Position numbers and translations under genes: made by a program. A stretch of 64,000 bases of DNA from contig OZ024747.1 in assembly GCA_964016885.1 (NCBI GenBank), positions 13,702,001 to 13,766,000 on the forward strand. Reading direction: 5' to 3'. The DNA is from Eledone cirrhosa. Its lineage: Eukaryota. Shown piece after piece: positions 36,019 through 51,081 of this stretch (the first letter of the stretch is position 1; each line of letters begins with the position of its first letter). The notes under the pieces were generated by a model. It was not told where the DNA came from and searched no databases. It saw only the letters and a list, made by a program, of their open reading frames with translations.

Positions 36019-39000
36019 CATTTTGTAAAATAAATAGTTTTGTATCAAAGAACCAGGGGCAGTTTCAGGCAGTTTGGTATCAAAAGAGTTAAACATCAAC
36101 TTCTTATTCTGAAGTGGCACAAGGACAAATTTCCTGCTTGGAAGCAGTAAGGAAGTAAAGTCTAGTGCCATTCTTTTGACAGTACAATATAATTTTATGC
36201 TGTCTGTGATGTTAAATTGTAGCACTTACCTCATATACTCATGTATAAGTCGTATTAGTAGATAAATCGCACCCCTGTTTTACAAAAAACATTCTTGGCT
36301 CAGTACTTGACACATACTATCTAATAATGAGTGAAGGGTCATGGTAAGGCCATTGGAAATGTTACTGAAATTTTAGGAATTTCTCACGGCAAAACAAAAA
36401 TTGTCACAATAGACATTGACCTTTTCATTAACATATTTCTAATGAAAGATACAGCATGTGATCTTCAATTCAATTAGAAAATAATCAATTATTTGGAAGG
36501 ATTTAGTAATATAACTTTCTCATTATGAAGCTTAGTTAATATTATGATGGAAGGGTTTTAGATGATGTGGATACTTTAAAAGAAACAGCTTTGTATCATA
36601 AAATCAGACCCAGTTTTGGGTGGTTTGATATCAAAAAGATGAATTGATAACACCACCATCTTGTGTCCTTTGAAGAACGTCAGATGGAATGTGTTACCTT
36701 GGAGGATAGGTAGGAAAATACATTGAAAGAGCCAGTCCAACTTTCCAGGCTTCTTCTTTCTGATGGTCATCTCCTTCCCAATCACAGTAAAGTTTTGTAG
36801 GTCCTATAAAGTTACCCACTAGTTTTTACAATGTTTTATTTATTTTATTTTATTTCGTGGAAAAAGATGCCACTTGTACATGAGCATATACAGTGTATCA
36901 AGTTTTATTGATATACTTGTGATTTCTGTGTGGATACACACACACACAGCTACCTGATTCTTTTGATACCAACACATCCAACACCAACATTGCTTCTGGT
37001 TCTATCATACAAAACCTTCCATTTTAAAATGTTTGTATGTTCATTTTATTGAAATTAAACCCAGTGCACTAGGTAAAAAAACTTTCTTACTGTTACATTC
37101 TAAACATCAGCTTAATACTTAAAAGAATTATTTATTAAATTCCTTCAAATTCTTGATATCTTAAACAATTAATTGAAGGATACAGATAGTGTATTTCATT
37201 AGAAATATGTTCATGAAAGGGTTAAGATACTCAAGTGACATCAATAGGATTTTGATGGTGTTCCATAAGTAGAGATTTATTGTTCTTATAAATGGATTAG
37301 TTTGAAGGATTTTGAATTCTTTGAGATCATTCTGTTTGTGTTGTGTCTATTATATTTATAATTTAAGTCTTAGAATGTGTGATCTAAGCATTGTTGGATT
37401 AGTGGTAGTGGTTTTAGTTTGCTTTTTTGTCCTCTCCTTAAATGCTGTTTGCTTGTCCTTCTCTAATAAAAAGAAAAGATTTGCTAAAGTAATCTACCGT
37501 AACTCTTTTGATACCAAACCATCTGAAAGTGCCCTTAATTCTATGAAACTAAGTAGTTTATTTCAAACTGTTTATTGAAAATCATTCCATAATTTTATGT
37601 AAAAAAATTTAAAACCATGTTCCAAACACCAGATTAATAATGAGAAAGTTATATTATTAAATCCCTTCAAAGCCTTGATTATGTTCAGATTGTTTTGAAA
37701 ATTGTAGTGTTTCTCATTAGAAATATGGTAATGATAGGGTTAATTATTACTTCAAAGCTATACAGAATATTTCTTTATTTCAAGAAGTGAGTAGAAAATA
37801 CTAATAAATTTGAATTAAATGTTATCAGTTTTCAGAATAATGTTCCTTTTATGAAAATTTGGTTTGTTCTAAAGTTGATAGAATCTCTGTACTTTCGATT
37901 TTTGTGGTGCTGAATTGGCAGAATTACAAGTTTGTCAGATAAAATGCCAGTGCAGCATTTGTTCTGGCTCTTTACAGTCTAAGTTCAAATCCTGCCTAAG
38001 CCAACTTTGCCTTTCATTCTTCTGAGGTCAATAAGATAAAGTTTGTCAAGACTGGGGATGATTTAATCAACTTGGCCCTTCCTTCAAAATTGCTGGCTTT
38101 GTACCGAAATTAAAAAGGAATTTTTGTTGTTTTATTTACTGGATGCAACATTGCTCAATGGTTAAGAAGTTTGCTTTGCAATCATGTGGTCCCTGGGTTC
38201 GATCTTGGTGTGTGGCATCTGAGTAAGTGTTTTTATCAGACCCAAGCCATGCAAGGGAAATTGGATAGACTGAAGCTGTGTGGAAGCCTGTTAGATGAAT
38301 TGTACCTGTAATTCGAAAGTCCAGCCTTGTCACATATTGTGTCACACTGATTTGGCTTGAGAATTACATTAGTCATACATGTCTGTGAAATACTTAACAC
38401 TTACATGCTAATTCACAAGTTTGACACTAAGTTGATCAAGCAACTGAAACATTCATTATCGAAACTGATGTCAGATCTATCATTTGATGTATTTAATGTC
38501 TTTGCCATAATGTTTATTCTTTATTTTTCTCTATAACAGTAGCTTTATGGGTTGTTTCTTTAACTGACCTTCTAGAAGACTGCAGTTTTAGCAAACCTAG
38601 CTTCATACACCTCACTTCTTTCAGCTCATTTGAAGTTAATAAATTATCATTGTATTTTCTTTTCAAGTTGTTTTTAACCAGACCCTGTCAAAACTTTTTG
38701 GTGACCAATGAACTTTATTTTTCATTGATGTAAAATTTGTGGGTGTGCCTTTTTAAAATTGTTTGAAAAAGCAATATGTGAATATGAGTAAACATATGTA
38801 AAATAAGCAGTCAACAATGCAGTTAGTTTTGCTCATTATTCTCTACAGTGTATTGACAAAGTGGTTAGTGTTTGTCTATTGATCATAAGGTCATGGGTTT
38901 GATTTCTGGAGTGGGCAGTGTGTTACTTTTTTGTGTTAAACACTTTATTTTTTGCTGCTTTTCATGATTAGAACGAGGCCCCTATTATTAAAACACTGAA

Positions 39001-40989
39001 GAAACCTCCTACGAGATGCTTCTTTCTTTGAGGCCAGCTAAATTTAGATAAACATGAGTTGTAACAGCAATGATAGGACTAAGGTTTCTATCATTAAAAT
39101 ACTCAAGAAACCTTTTATGAGATGCAACCTTATAGAAGGCCAGCTAAACTTGCATAGCCATGAGGTATGAGCTGTAACAACAACTGTATTGACATATTGA
39201 AACATTCCAGATTGAACGTCTAATTCTGTTAAAAATTTCTCTTGATGATTTTCCAGTCCTTTATGTAGGAGCTGTTGTTTGGTATGTTTATATTTGCTTA
39301 TGTGAATGACCAGTGACTAAACACTAATCAGTAAGTTGTATAAGACAAGGATCTGAATATAACTTAAGAAGAAAATTACCTTCCTTGTTAGCTTAGCAGT
39401 ATGTGTCTGGTTTATGCTATGGGTGTCTAGTTTATGCTGTGTGTGTTTAATGTAAGCTGTGTGTATTCAGTTCAGAATAGGTACACTATATCCCTTAGGT
39501 GGCTAAAATAGTTGGCACTAGGAAGAGCAACCAGCTGTAAAATATTGCCTCATAAAGAACCCAGTGTTATGGTGCTGGCTAGGTTAATTAATCCCTGCTT
39601 TAGCTAGGAAAATGGTTAAAAAAAACTTAATAGTTTAACAGTGTAATAATGTTGCATCTATATGTTATCATCTAACACTATATTTTAACATGAATAAATT
39701 ATTATAGCTCTAATTCTAATTAACTACATCTAAATTACTATAATTAATCATCTAACAATGATATTTTAACATAACATGTATTAATTATAGTATTATAATT
39801 AATTGTTTCTACTTTTGGCACAAGTTCAGCAATTACCCCAGTGCATTACTGGTTCTTTATTTTTATCAACCCCATAAGGCTGAAAGGCAAAGTTAACTTC
39901 AGGGGGAGAAAGTTAAGTTTATTAGATGACATTATAATCACGCAAATGACTATGGTTAACACTATTTTAGGGTTGTTTTGTTCATGACTGACAATGGGTT
40001 TGCATCGGGAAAGTTCCCTTCCAAAGGGCCAGATGCTTGTGGAAGAGCAGCAGTCAACCATGCCTGCAGCTCTCCCCTCTCCATGATATTGATGTTGCTG
40101 AAAGGAAAGGCAAAGACTAAGACAGCATGGTATCAGTGTCATCACAGGCAAGCTTAGAATGTAATGGCGTAAAAGAAATACTGAAAAATATCACATCTGA
40201 TGCTCTAACAATTCTGCCTATCCACCACATTGAACTGGTGCTTTATTCATTGGCTCCTGAAAGGACAAAAGGTAAACGTGACCTCAGTTTGATTTGCACT
40301 CAGGACACAGAAGCCAACACATTTTAATGTGATGCTCTAATGATTCTGTCGATTTTTTTCCAATGCTTAGCAATGTAATTATGTAATATTTTATCATAGA
40401 AATTATGAAACACCCTTCACTATATGATAACATAAATAGACAAGGTTATTTAAGCATTGGCAAAGTAATTTGTCAGTATGCAAATGAATATACAATAAAC
40501 AAAATTTTAATTATGTATTAATTAGTTTACAAAAGTGTTTTTTTATGAATATGGCACTCTTATGTCTTAACATACGTATTTCAGTAATTAATAACAAAAT
40601 GTATTAACTTCATCTAAATTTATTCAAGTAACTGTTGAAAGTTACAATAGTGTAATGTTTAATGATGTTAAAAATGATCATGTCATCTCATTACATTCTC
40701 ATTGTTTGGCAAAATATTGAACAATCTTCCTCCGCCTCCCTCTTTTCCTTGACCGATTTAAGTATATAGATAAAAAGCATTGTTATCTTTTATTTTCCTA
40801 AACTGTTCTTAAACTGTCCTCATTTTATGTTCAAGACTTTCTGGATAATTTTTGCTAATCCAATTAAGCGACATCTTTGTATTGCATCCTCACAGATTAA
40901 TGTTGAGCTTTCTAAGGTTTACTTTGTAAGTCATCCTTGTATTGTACCCAACGTATTGTGGCCAATAAAAGAAATCTTCATTATTATTA

Positions 40990-41181
40990 TTTAGATTGGT
41001 GGTATTGTTAAAGCATCAGACAAAAGGCTTAGTAGTATCAAGTTACAGCACTTTACATTCTGGCTTCAAATCCCACCAAGGTCAACTTTGCCTTTTATTC
41101 TTCCGGGGTCGATAAAATACCAGTAAAGTAATGGGCTTGATTTAATCTATTTTCTCCTGGCCTTGTGCCTTAAACAGAATC

Positions 41182-41229
<48 letters not shown>

Positions 41230-41870
41230 GGGCGGTGGATTGGCAGTATCGGTAGAGGGTCGGACGCCATGCTTTCCAGCATAGTTACGTCCCTTTACGA
41301 TCTGAGTTCACATCCCGTCGAGGTTGACTTTGCCCTTCATCCTTACGGGGTCGATAAAATAAAGTACCAGTAATACACTGGGATAATTGCTGGCCTTGTG
41401 CCAAAAGTAGAAACAATTATTATTATTATTATTATTATTATTATGGACAGTGGATTGGCAGTATCGGTAAAGGGTCGGACGCCATGCTTTGCAGCAAAGA
41501 GTTACGGTCCTTTATGGTCTGAGTTCAAATCCCGCCGAGGTCAACTTTGCCTTTCATCCTTACGGGGTCGATAAAATAAAGTACCAGTAATACACTGGGA
41601 TAATTGCTGGCCTTGTGCCAGAAGTAGAAACAATTATTATTATACGGCGGTGGATTGGCAGTATCAGTAGAGTCGGAGGCGATGCTTTGCAGCATAGAGA
41701 TACGGCCCTTTACGGTCTGTGTTCAAATCCCACCAAGGTTAACTTTGCTTTTCATCCTTACGGGGGTCGATAAAATAAAGCACCAGTAATGTACTGAGGT
41801 TGATTTAACTGACTTTCCCCTTCTCCCAAATTACTGGCCATGTGCTTATAGTAGAAATGATTATTATTAT
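40990..41870 (+). mobile_element. Head-to-tail array of four family-A SINEs separated by (ATT)n
   Basis: Copies at ~40990-41185, 41230-41420, 41445-41640 and 41646-41870; each begins in the (ATT)n tail of the previous one. Confidence 0.92.
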
Positions 41871-44800
41871 GCAGATGGTGATTATCTGATTTCTGTCTAT
41901 TTCTTCAATATTTACTTGGTTTGAACATATCTGCAACCATAGTATATCTCTATTTTAAAGCTTCTACCCACTGCAATCATTGAACATAAATAAGGGCTGA
42001 ATAATGTAATAACTCCTTTGCACATACATGATTAAAGAGCTCATGTTGGTTTTATTTTCTCTTCCTTTTGACACATTGTAGAAGTGAGAGGTAATTTCAG
42101 ATTGGTAGACAGTTTGAAAAAGAATATCATTATTTCATCATAAGAACATTATGGGAAGTTATGAGGAAGAAGAAAATTTATATATTTATATAATATTTTA
42201 ATATAAGCAACTTATTGCTTTGGTTTGGCATGTCTCTGTATATACATCTGTACACAAATATGTGCATGCATATATAATTATAATCCCACAGAAATACACA
42301 TCTATGCATTGATATATGTGCATATATATGTTTATATACATGTATAGTATATATATGTTTATATACATGCGTTTTATATATGGCACAGATATGTGATGTG
42401 TGTATTCATGGAAGAACCTTCATAAAATTTTATGACCTGCCTTTGTCAATGTAGTATAACCAAACGGTTAGGTTCACTTGGTCTCAGATCCCGTGACTGG
42501 TTTCATAGGGTTCTTCTTGAAGTTTTATGGCTGGATGCCATTCCTAGCACCAACCCTTTAGGTCGCCTCTTATTACACCCAGTGATACTATGCATGGATT
42601 CTAACCTGGATGCACATAGTATGTCAGATGTAATATATTGTAGATTAGAGATAAATTTTTTTCCCATTTATGCATGGGACATCACTCTATAGTAACATCC
42701 TCCAAATAATCTTTTAACCTATTCCCAACAGCTCACTAAACTGAGGCAATGTACTTGACTGCAGTGTTTTGCACACACACACAGCTGTAACAGATTTGGA
42801 CCTCACAAAATAGTTGTAGCTTATCTCTGCCTTCATTCAAATTGACAAATGTTGGTGTAAATTAACACCACAGATGTTTTACATTTTTTGACAGTTGTAC
42901 TGAGAGATGACATTTGTAGCCTTTGAATCTATCTGATTTTATATATATGTATGTGTACTCACATAAACTCACACCTGTTGTCGTCAAGAAGCCAAACTTA
43001 TCAAGGTTAGAGAAAATAGCCTAGAATATTTTAACCCCATTGATATCAACCTACCCGAAATTGCCCTTGGATCAATGATTATTTTTTTTTTTAAATTTAA
43101 ATTTCCTATATTTGATCAAAAACTTTCCATCATAATTTTATGTACAAATCTTTGTTCCAAACACCAGCTTAATAATGAGAAAGTTAGTATTAGTAAATAC
43201 ATCCAAATTTTTTAATTTCATTAGAAATATGGTAACAAAGGGGTTTTAAATGTATTAAAAATACAATGTTTTATTGTAGAAATAAGTAATGGATATGGTC
43301 AGTTCAGCTTTTTATCTTCACCCCAAAAAAGAAAAAAAAAAGCTTCTCATATTTTACCCTAAGTTTCAGTTAAAATTTCTGCTTGAAAACTGTTGCCCTA
43401 ACATCACTAATGCTCTTGAAAAATGTATGAATGTTGCAACTTCATGATTTCTTGTCTACTATAAATCTAAAACTTAAAACATTTATGTCAGAACCAATTA
43501 CATTCTCATATCTTAGATTATGTTCTTGACAGGCCATTATGATGTTTCATGGGTTTTTCCTTCAAGTGGTAAATTGTTGCACACATTTGTGTAGCCTTCA
43601 GTCCACGTGTATTATCATCACCATCATCAGTAGTAGCAGTAGTGTGTTATATTTACTAATGTGTCTGTGTATGTGTGTTTGTAGTTGTCTGGCAGTGGGC
43701 ATGCTGTCAAATTATCTTATTACTTCAGTGGAGCATTAAATATAAATCTATTAAATTTTATGATTTTCTCAATATTGTTTCTTGAAGGCTTGGACATAGA
43801 CAGACAGACATCTAGATGATATCTAGACAGACAGATAGAGGTATATATAGAGAGGGAGAGGGTGTTGTCAGAAAGCATTAATGCAGCTAGTGGTGATGGC
43901 TGTGTTTCAGGCACTAACAAGTGAAGCATAGTGATAAATGGAGCTAATTAACTCACCAGAAACTTAATTGGTAACAATTATCACCTATTCATTTTCCTCT
44001 TGCTTTCTCTCTTTGACTCTTCTTGTTTCAGTACCACCCACATGCCCTGCTCCCGCTAATGTTATACCCATCACTGCTTCAATTTCTCTAACTCTCATTC
44101 AACTCCACTGCTCTTTACAGCCCACCACATTTATAACAATTGTTTCAATACATGGTAACCCACTTACTCTTTTTCACATTATCTCTTTATTCTTTTATTG
44201 GTTTTAGTCATTTGTCTGTGGCCATACTATGGCTCTGTCTTTTTCAAGTGTGATACTTGATTTATGAATTATATATATATTTTTTTGTCAAACTGTTAAG
44301 CTACAGGACATAAATACAAATACACAAACGTGTGTACACTTACACACACACACTCTTTATCATATATATATATGCACACACATGCTTCTGCTGTTTCCAT
44401 CTACCCTTACAAAGCATTGGTTATCAAGAGGCTATAGTAAACACTGGCCCAAGGAGCTGTGCAGTGGGACTGAACCCCAAACTACATGGTTGTGAAGCAA
44501 ATTCCTTAATCACGTAGCCATGCTTTTTTTAAAAAACTCTTTCATCTTAATTCTCTTTTATCTATAGCATATCATTTAAGCCATAGACAGAAGCAATAAC
44601 TAATTAAGTCAGTTGTTGAATGATCTGTGGATAACACAATAAAGAAATAAAATACATCCTATATGAGATATTACAGTAATTCATGAAAACTACCGCCTCA
44701 TGTGTTTTTCCTCTCCTCTTCTCTTCTCGCCACTTCTACCTCATCCTCATTTTATAGCTGCTTTCCATGCTGGCATGGGTTGGACGGATTGCCATTGCTC

Positions 44801-47800
44801 AAAACTAGACAGGCTTGAGAGACCTCATCTTGTTCATATGCTCCAAATTTGGCATGGTTTCTACAGCTGGATGCCCTTTCTAACATTACCCACCTTACAA
44901 TGAGGACTTGAAGCTTTTTTGTGGCACTATTGATGCATTTTATTGTGATATCAGCACTTGAGAGGTTGTCATATGCATGGCCAGACTGAAGATTCCTACT
45001 ACTCTACTTTGTCGGCACTAACAAAACCAGGCACCTATTTTATGTCTGAGAAAGGGACAAAAATCCAAACTTTATTTATGTAGAATTTGAAGTAGGTGAA
45101 AATTGACAAAATATTGACCTCGGATTGACCAGTAATACCTTGTGAATGAAATTTGGCATATGAAAACAGTATAGAAGATATATATCATCATATAATTTTT
45201 GTATTTGTTATTGGCAGCATGACCCCCCCCCCCCTCAAAGTATAACAGTATATATCTATCTATGTATATGTCTGTGTTTACTTTTACTGTTTATGTCTTG
45301 TAACAGCAATCTTGCTAAGATAAGTACTAGACTTGAAAAAAACAAGAGTGAGGGTATATGATTCACTAGAAATTTGTTTAAAGTGCTACCGTAGCATGAT
45401 GGTAGACATAACGACTGAAACCAGCAAAACAATAAATGAATACCTCATCTATAAATATGGTCTGTGTGCAATGTCATTAAGAAATTGCATGCTCTGTCAG
45501 AAGAAATAATTTATTATTAAGATTGGCAATTGGAAATGGTAGTACAAACCATATTAGTATCTATCTAATTTGGTGTCTCACAGTTCTGAGTTTGAATCTA
45601 ATTAGAATTGACTTTGCCTTCTATCCCTCAGGAATAATGAAAAGACTGAATAATTTACCAGTAATTATATTGGATTAATTCCATCAACTGTTACTTCCTA
45701 TGAATTCATTTCATTTCTCTTATTTTTTATGCATGTCCTTTGCCTTCAGACAAATATATGGTCCTTTACACATAAGTGGAATTAGACATTTCTAAGAGTT
45801 AATGTGTGTGTGCTAATTCTCAAATTGTGAATTAGCTAGCACAGGCTCTCTTTCATATAATCAGTAATTGAAAAGTGATAGAGAGGTAGGTCACGTTTTA
45901 TCAAAGGGCCTGTCAGGTTTATTTACATAATTGTATGACCACTTTCCATGCTAGTGTTAGATCTATCTGGCGTAGACTCTCTCTCATGCATTCTCTTCAT
46001 TCAACAACCTCATGTAAAATCACATTTCCACGACTTTCATTTTCGTGTCATTATCAGAGCATATACAAACCTCTTTGTTTAGGCAACTCCCCTTACTAAA
46101 CATACCTGCCGGCTAGCTTTTCTTGTAGCTACCACATATATTATCATTAACATCAATATTTCATGTTTGTCTGGGTTAGATGGTTTGTCATATGACGCTA
46201 GCCAGATCAGGTGACCAAGTCTTGTTTATACAGATCTGTTTCTTGGCTTAATTTCTACAGCTGGATGCTCTTCCTAACACCAGCCATGTTACATTGTGCA
46301 GTGGCAGCGTTTTTCGTAGTATCACTACTGCCACTTTATAGGCTGGACTGGGTGATTTTTATCAGGGCACTAGCATTGGGAGAACAGGTGTGGAGCATGT
46401 CCAGCTTTATGCATGGGTTGGAAAGGTGTAAAAGGAGGAAAGGGAGTTAATCTCTCTCTGTCTCTCTCTCTCTCTCTCTCTATTTTTTTTGTTTTCTTGT
46501 ATGTGGTTTATCATCAACACCTTATATATATATATTTTTTATATCCTTATATTTTATTCAATTCCATAATGAAATTGGTTAAGTTCTAAAGATGTACATT
46601 CTGTATTTGCTTGTAGTGCATCATATTATTTGAAGTTTTCTCTCTTTTAGAGCAATAATAGAAATTAAACATCCGACCTACCAACTAATGTCTTTATTGA
46701 AACCTTACTGTTATCGAATCATTATTCTTATGTATGTGTATATACATGTTTTTGTGTTTCTTTGTGTATGGAAACATATGAATGACTACATGTATGTTCA
46801 TGTAGTTCAGACATGTTTAGTCTATATACTATATATATATATATATATAATATTACAATAGTCTTTTGTCAAGTGCATTTACATGATCTATGTGATCTGT
46901 ATGTGTACATTAGTGTTATTGTACAGAGGAATCCAAGTTGTTTTATCTCTGATATTTTCAACATGACAGTATCTACCATTGCTCCAGTTTTACTAAAAAC
47001 TCTATTATTTGCAATATAAGAAGACCTGTCAAATTTTCTAATAATCTGAGCAATGGTTTAACAGCTTTCTTTTATACATAGAAATGTAATTTGTAAAAAA
47101 GGTAAATATACATATATAGAAAACTATATATAGTATAAAAACAAGCCATGTATAACATGAAAATATTTAGTGTTGCATGCCACCATAATGGGCCAGATAT
47201 TGTTCTTTATGATGAAACAGAAATGGGTGTGTATTGTATTGGAAGTGAGTTGTTCAATAGACACAATGTAAACATTAATGGGAAAAAATAAACTAGCAAG
47301 AAAGCAAACCATTGAGGGGGATTTTATGTTGTTTAGCTGCATATTTGTCCTGATAGAGCAGACCTATGATCAAAGGTATTACAAATGCATAGCTATTTAT
47401 CCTTTTATATATTTTTTAAAGCAACTTGCTACTCTTCTCTGTCATTCTCCTCCTTCTACCATTCTATCACTCTGTTTTTAAGACAGTAGGGTGTTGTTTG
47501 AGGGAGATTTTGTTGAGCAACCATGTAAAAGTTCCCTTGTTAACTTCCAAACAAGTTTTCAGGTGTTGATGGATGATATTGTCAAGCAAGGTTTTGAGTT
47601 TTTGTCTCAGCTTGTTTGCCTTTTCTAAATGCTTCTTTCTCACCATTCTGATGAAACCAATATGTTATTCACATCATCATTGTCTCTTGGTAGAATTGTA
47701 AGAGCTTTGATATTTGTTTCAGCTCTCTGTGACCTGAGTTGAAATTCTGTTGAAGCCCTCTTTGCCTTTCATCATTTTGGGTTACATAAAAGAATGTACC

Positions 47801-50019
47801 AGCCCAATGTTGATGCAATCTCCTCTCCTATCAGGTGCCACACCCTGGACATTCTCCTGGATCAAGTGAAGGCAGCTCTCAGAGTGTGTCTCTTTCTGCT
47901 CATGACTGCATAAGCACCTAAAGCCCTTAGTGAAAGCATGGTTCACACTACAAAATCCTACTTGATTGCTTATACTGGCTGTATTTTAATAAGTTGAATA
48001 ATGATTTTGTCAGTGAAGTGACTGTTTTGACTAGAATTTACAATTAAGATACTTTTGAATTTGTTGTTCTGGTTGGAGTTTATTCTTGCTCAACATTTCA
48101 GATGAGAAATGTATAACTAGAATATATGTTATCATTGTCTTACTTTAGGATAGCACAACTGAGGTAATAGTCTAGTATAGTGTCAAGGAATTAGAATACT
48201 CATGATCTGGAAATATAGATGTTAAGTTCTGATGATATTGGAAATTTCTGTAATGCCACCAAGACAGTCAAAGGTCAGCATTACTGTCTTAACCCTTTTG
48301 TTAAAGTATTTTTAATATACTGCCTTTGATTTTCAATTAATTTTGAAAATAATAAAAAATTTTGAAGGCTTTAGTAAAATGTTATATTATTTAAGCTGGT
48401 GTTTAAAACAACATTTTTGCTCATAGAATTATGATGGAATGTTTAAACTTAAATATGGACACGTAAAACAAAATATATATACATGGATTTGTATCATAGA
48501 ACCAGGGGTGGTTTCAAGTAGTTTGGTATCAGAGGGTTTAAATGTCTAAAGACTAGAGAAGAATTTTGTAAAGAATACAATAAATATTGAATTTTCACTA
48601 ACCTCTGAACATGTCCATACTGCTTTATAACCAACCATTGTAAACAAAATACAAAATAGTTAGAGACTATAGTGAAATATAGCATCTCTTTTGTGCTGGC
48701 TAGACTTTCATTTTTTGCTTAAGTAAATGATTGACATACAACACATTTCCTTGTTGTAGAGCTGACTGAATTTACTCAATAATAATGTCAACAACAATAT
48801 CAACTGTCATGAAAATCTATGTTGATTCACACAGGCCAATACAGAAATAATCCACTGGCGCATGAAAAAACGCTAATACCCCTGTGTTTATAAATGTATT
48901 TGCATATGTATGTGCGTGTATAGATGTATTTGCATTTGTTTGTGTATTTGCACATGCATGTTTGTGTGTGTGGAATATATTTGCGTCTGTTTGTGCGCAC
49001 AGGCATTCATGTGTGTGTCCATACACATAGTCCACATAAACACACACACAAGAAGAATCTGACATGTATTATGATATCAAAACATTGTACCCATCTAAAC
49101 CCTTGCTAGCTTGGAAGATAGACGTTAAATGATGATGATGATGATGATGTATTAGGCCTTGAGGTGATCTCAGAAATGTATGGTTAGTTTAGCTCTCTTT
49201 ATTAAGCTGTCATCGTGTTAACTTCCTCATAACAATGAGGAATGTCACCTTATTGTTATGAGAAATGTCATAATAATGAAGAATTATCTACCAACCTATT
49301 TCTCTTACATTGTGTAATAGTCATTTTAGCTATTCAAAACCACATGAAAAATGTTGACTTCACTTTACATTTATCATTTATATCCTGGTATCAAAAATTT
49401 GGTTGGACTGTTGACAATCTAGCCAGTGGAATGGCTCCACTATAATCAGGTTGGACAACAAATATTTTGACACCAAAAAGTAAATGATAATGGGAAGTAC
49501 ATTTAAGTTTTTGTGTTTAGTCTTAATGTGAAGATTTTTAACGACTCAAGAGTGATCCTTGCAGTACAATAAGTAAAGTACCGAGACAATGTGTATGTAT
49601 GTATTAACTGTATAAATTCACATGTGGGTATTTGATAAACACACATTCAGCCTTGTAGATGTAGTATAGTTGATTGGTTGAGGTTTGGTTTGCAATCATA
49701 AGATCCTGGGTTCAATCTCACTGTGTGACATCTTGGGCAAGTGTCATTTACCATAGCCTTAGGTTGATACACTGTTTCAAAACCTTTCAGATGAATACCA
49801 GTAATTCAAAAGGTAAGCTTTATCACACATTGCTATGCTGAATCTCTGTAAGGATACACATTATCTGTGGAATCCTCAGCTATTTGCATGTTAATTTAAT
49901 GACCATGTAGTTCCATTGATCGAACAATTGGTACACTCGTTAACACCAACAGAGGTCCATTCTATTTCATATATATATATATATATACAGATATAGAGAG
50001 ATAGAGAGAGAAACAAGAA

Positions 50020-50198
50020 GTGTAAGTCAACAGGTTAAAATTAACTGCGTTTATTCATATTCGCTGTTATATATATTATGGTGATAACCATTATTCAACA
50101 GCTATGACCTCATCAGACTGCTAGAACTTGAACAGAAAAACATAATGATGGAACAAAGATTACCTCCATTATTTCAGTCCTTTGATATGCCCTGTCCC
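50020..50198 (-). mobile_element. Second copy of the 16624-16868 hammerhead island, with a mutated core
   Basis: Minus strand GGGACAGGGCATATCAAAGGACTGAAAT..GCAGT CTGATGA GGTCATAGC..GGTTATCACC ATAA TATATATA ACAGC..AATAAACGCAGTTAATTTTAACCTGTTGACTT aligns with 16687-16852. GAAA has become ATAA. Confidence 0.7.
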
Positions 50199-50214
50199 GA
50201 AGTATAGTAATGTT

Positions 50215-50330
50215 TTCTCTGAAGCTCATGGTAGAGATGACGAAGGACCGTGACAAGTGGAGAGATGCTGTGCTGAATAGGACCCGTCTCACCCTTGCAA
50301 GCAGGGAAAAGCGGACGTAAAATGATGATA
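50215..50330 (+). mobile_element. Short RTE 3' fragment whose stem-loop directly follows the ORF end
   Basis: Encodes EMTKDRDKWRDAVLNRTRLT, then CCCTTGCAAGCAGGGAAAAGCGGACGTAAAATGATGAT. Confidence 0.8.
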
Positions 50331-50870
50331 TAGACTCTTTGGTTAAGCGAAAATGCCGTCTCTCTTCCGCAGGATGAACACGAGAAGAGCTTGATGAATT
50401 TTGTCTAGTTATTGCCAAAATATTCAACAAACAATATAGTTTCAAATCAGATAGGCTAGTCTTTGGTTTCGCTACCAAGGCAAGACATTTTATTTAACTT
50501 TTCTAAAAGGTTGTACTTAGTAACCTCTTTTTCTTTCAGTCCATCATATCTATTCCTTATCTCTCTGTTACTTTTATATATTTTACTTCCTTTTACCTCA
50601 TCATCATTTCTTTTAGCTGCACTATTTTACTTTTTTCTTTTTTGGCTCTTTTGTTTGTATTTTTTTTTTGTCTATTTCTTTTCTTTTTCTTCCTGCGTTA
50701 AGAAAAATACTTTTGAGTGGTTGATACTATTTCATTTCATCTAAAATCTGTCTGATGAATGCACTGGCTAATCTTTCACACAATAATATTGGAGATTGAA
50801 ATACTGTCCCTATCAATACAAACAGAAAAGGTTACACGCACACGAATGTACACTCATATATTATTATAAA

Positions 50871-51081
50871 CGAAACGCCCGGCGCTCGGCCGTCGGGGTC
50901 CTGGATTGGCAGTATTGGTAGAGGATCGTACGCAATGCTTTTGACGCATAGAGTTACGGCCCTTGCCATTCTGAGTTCAAATCCCGTCGAGGTTAACTTT
51001 GCTTTTCATCCTTACGGGGTCGATAAAATAAAGTACCAGTAATGCACTGGGTAATTGCTGGCCTTGTCTAAATTAGAAACA
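50871..51081 (+). mobile_element. Young family-A SINE with a 30-nt foreign 5' segment, inside an 11-bp direct repeat
   Basis: ATTATTATAAA at 50860-50870 and 51082-51092; SINE begins ~50902. Confidence 0.85.

Noticed and set aside
41230-41320. tRNA gene (A and B boxes)
   Set aside because: No cloverleaf; continues into the SINE body and (ATT)n tail, so it is a SINE head.
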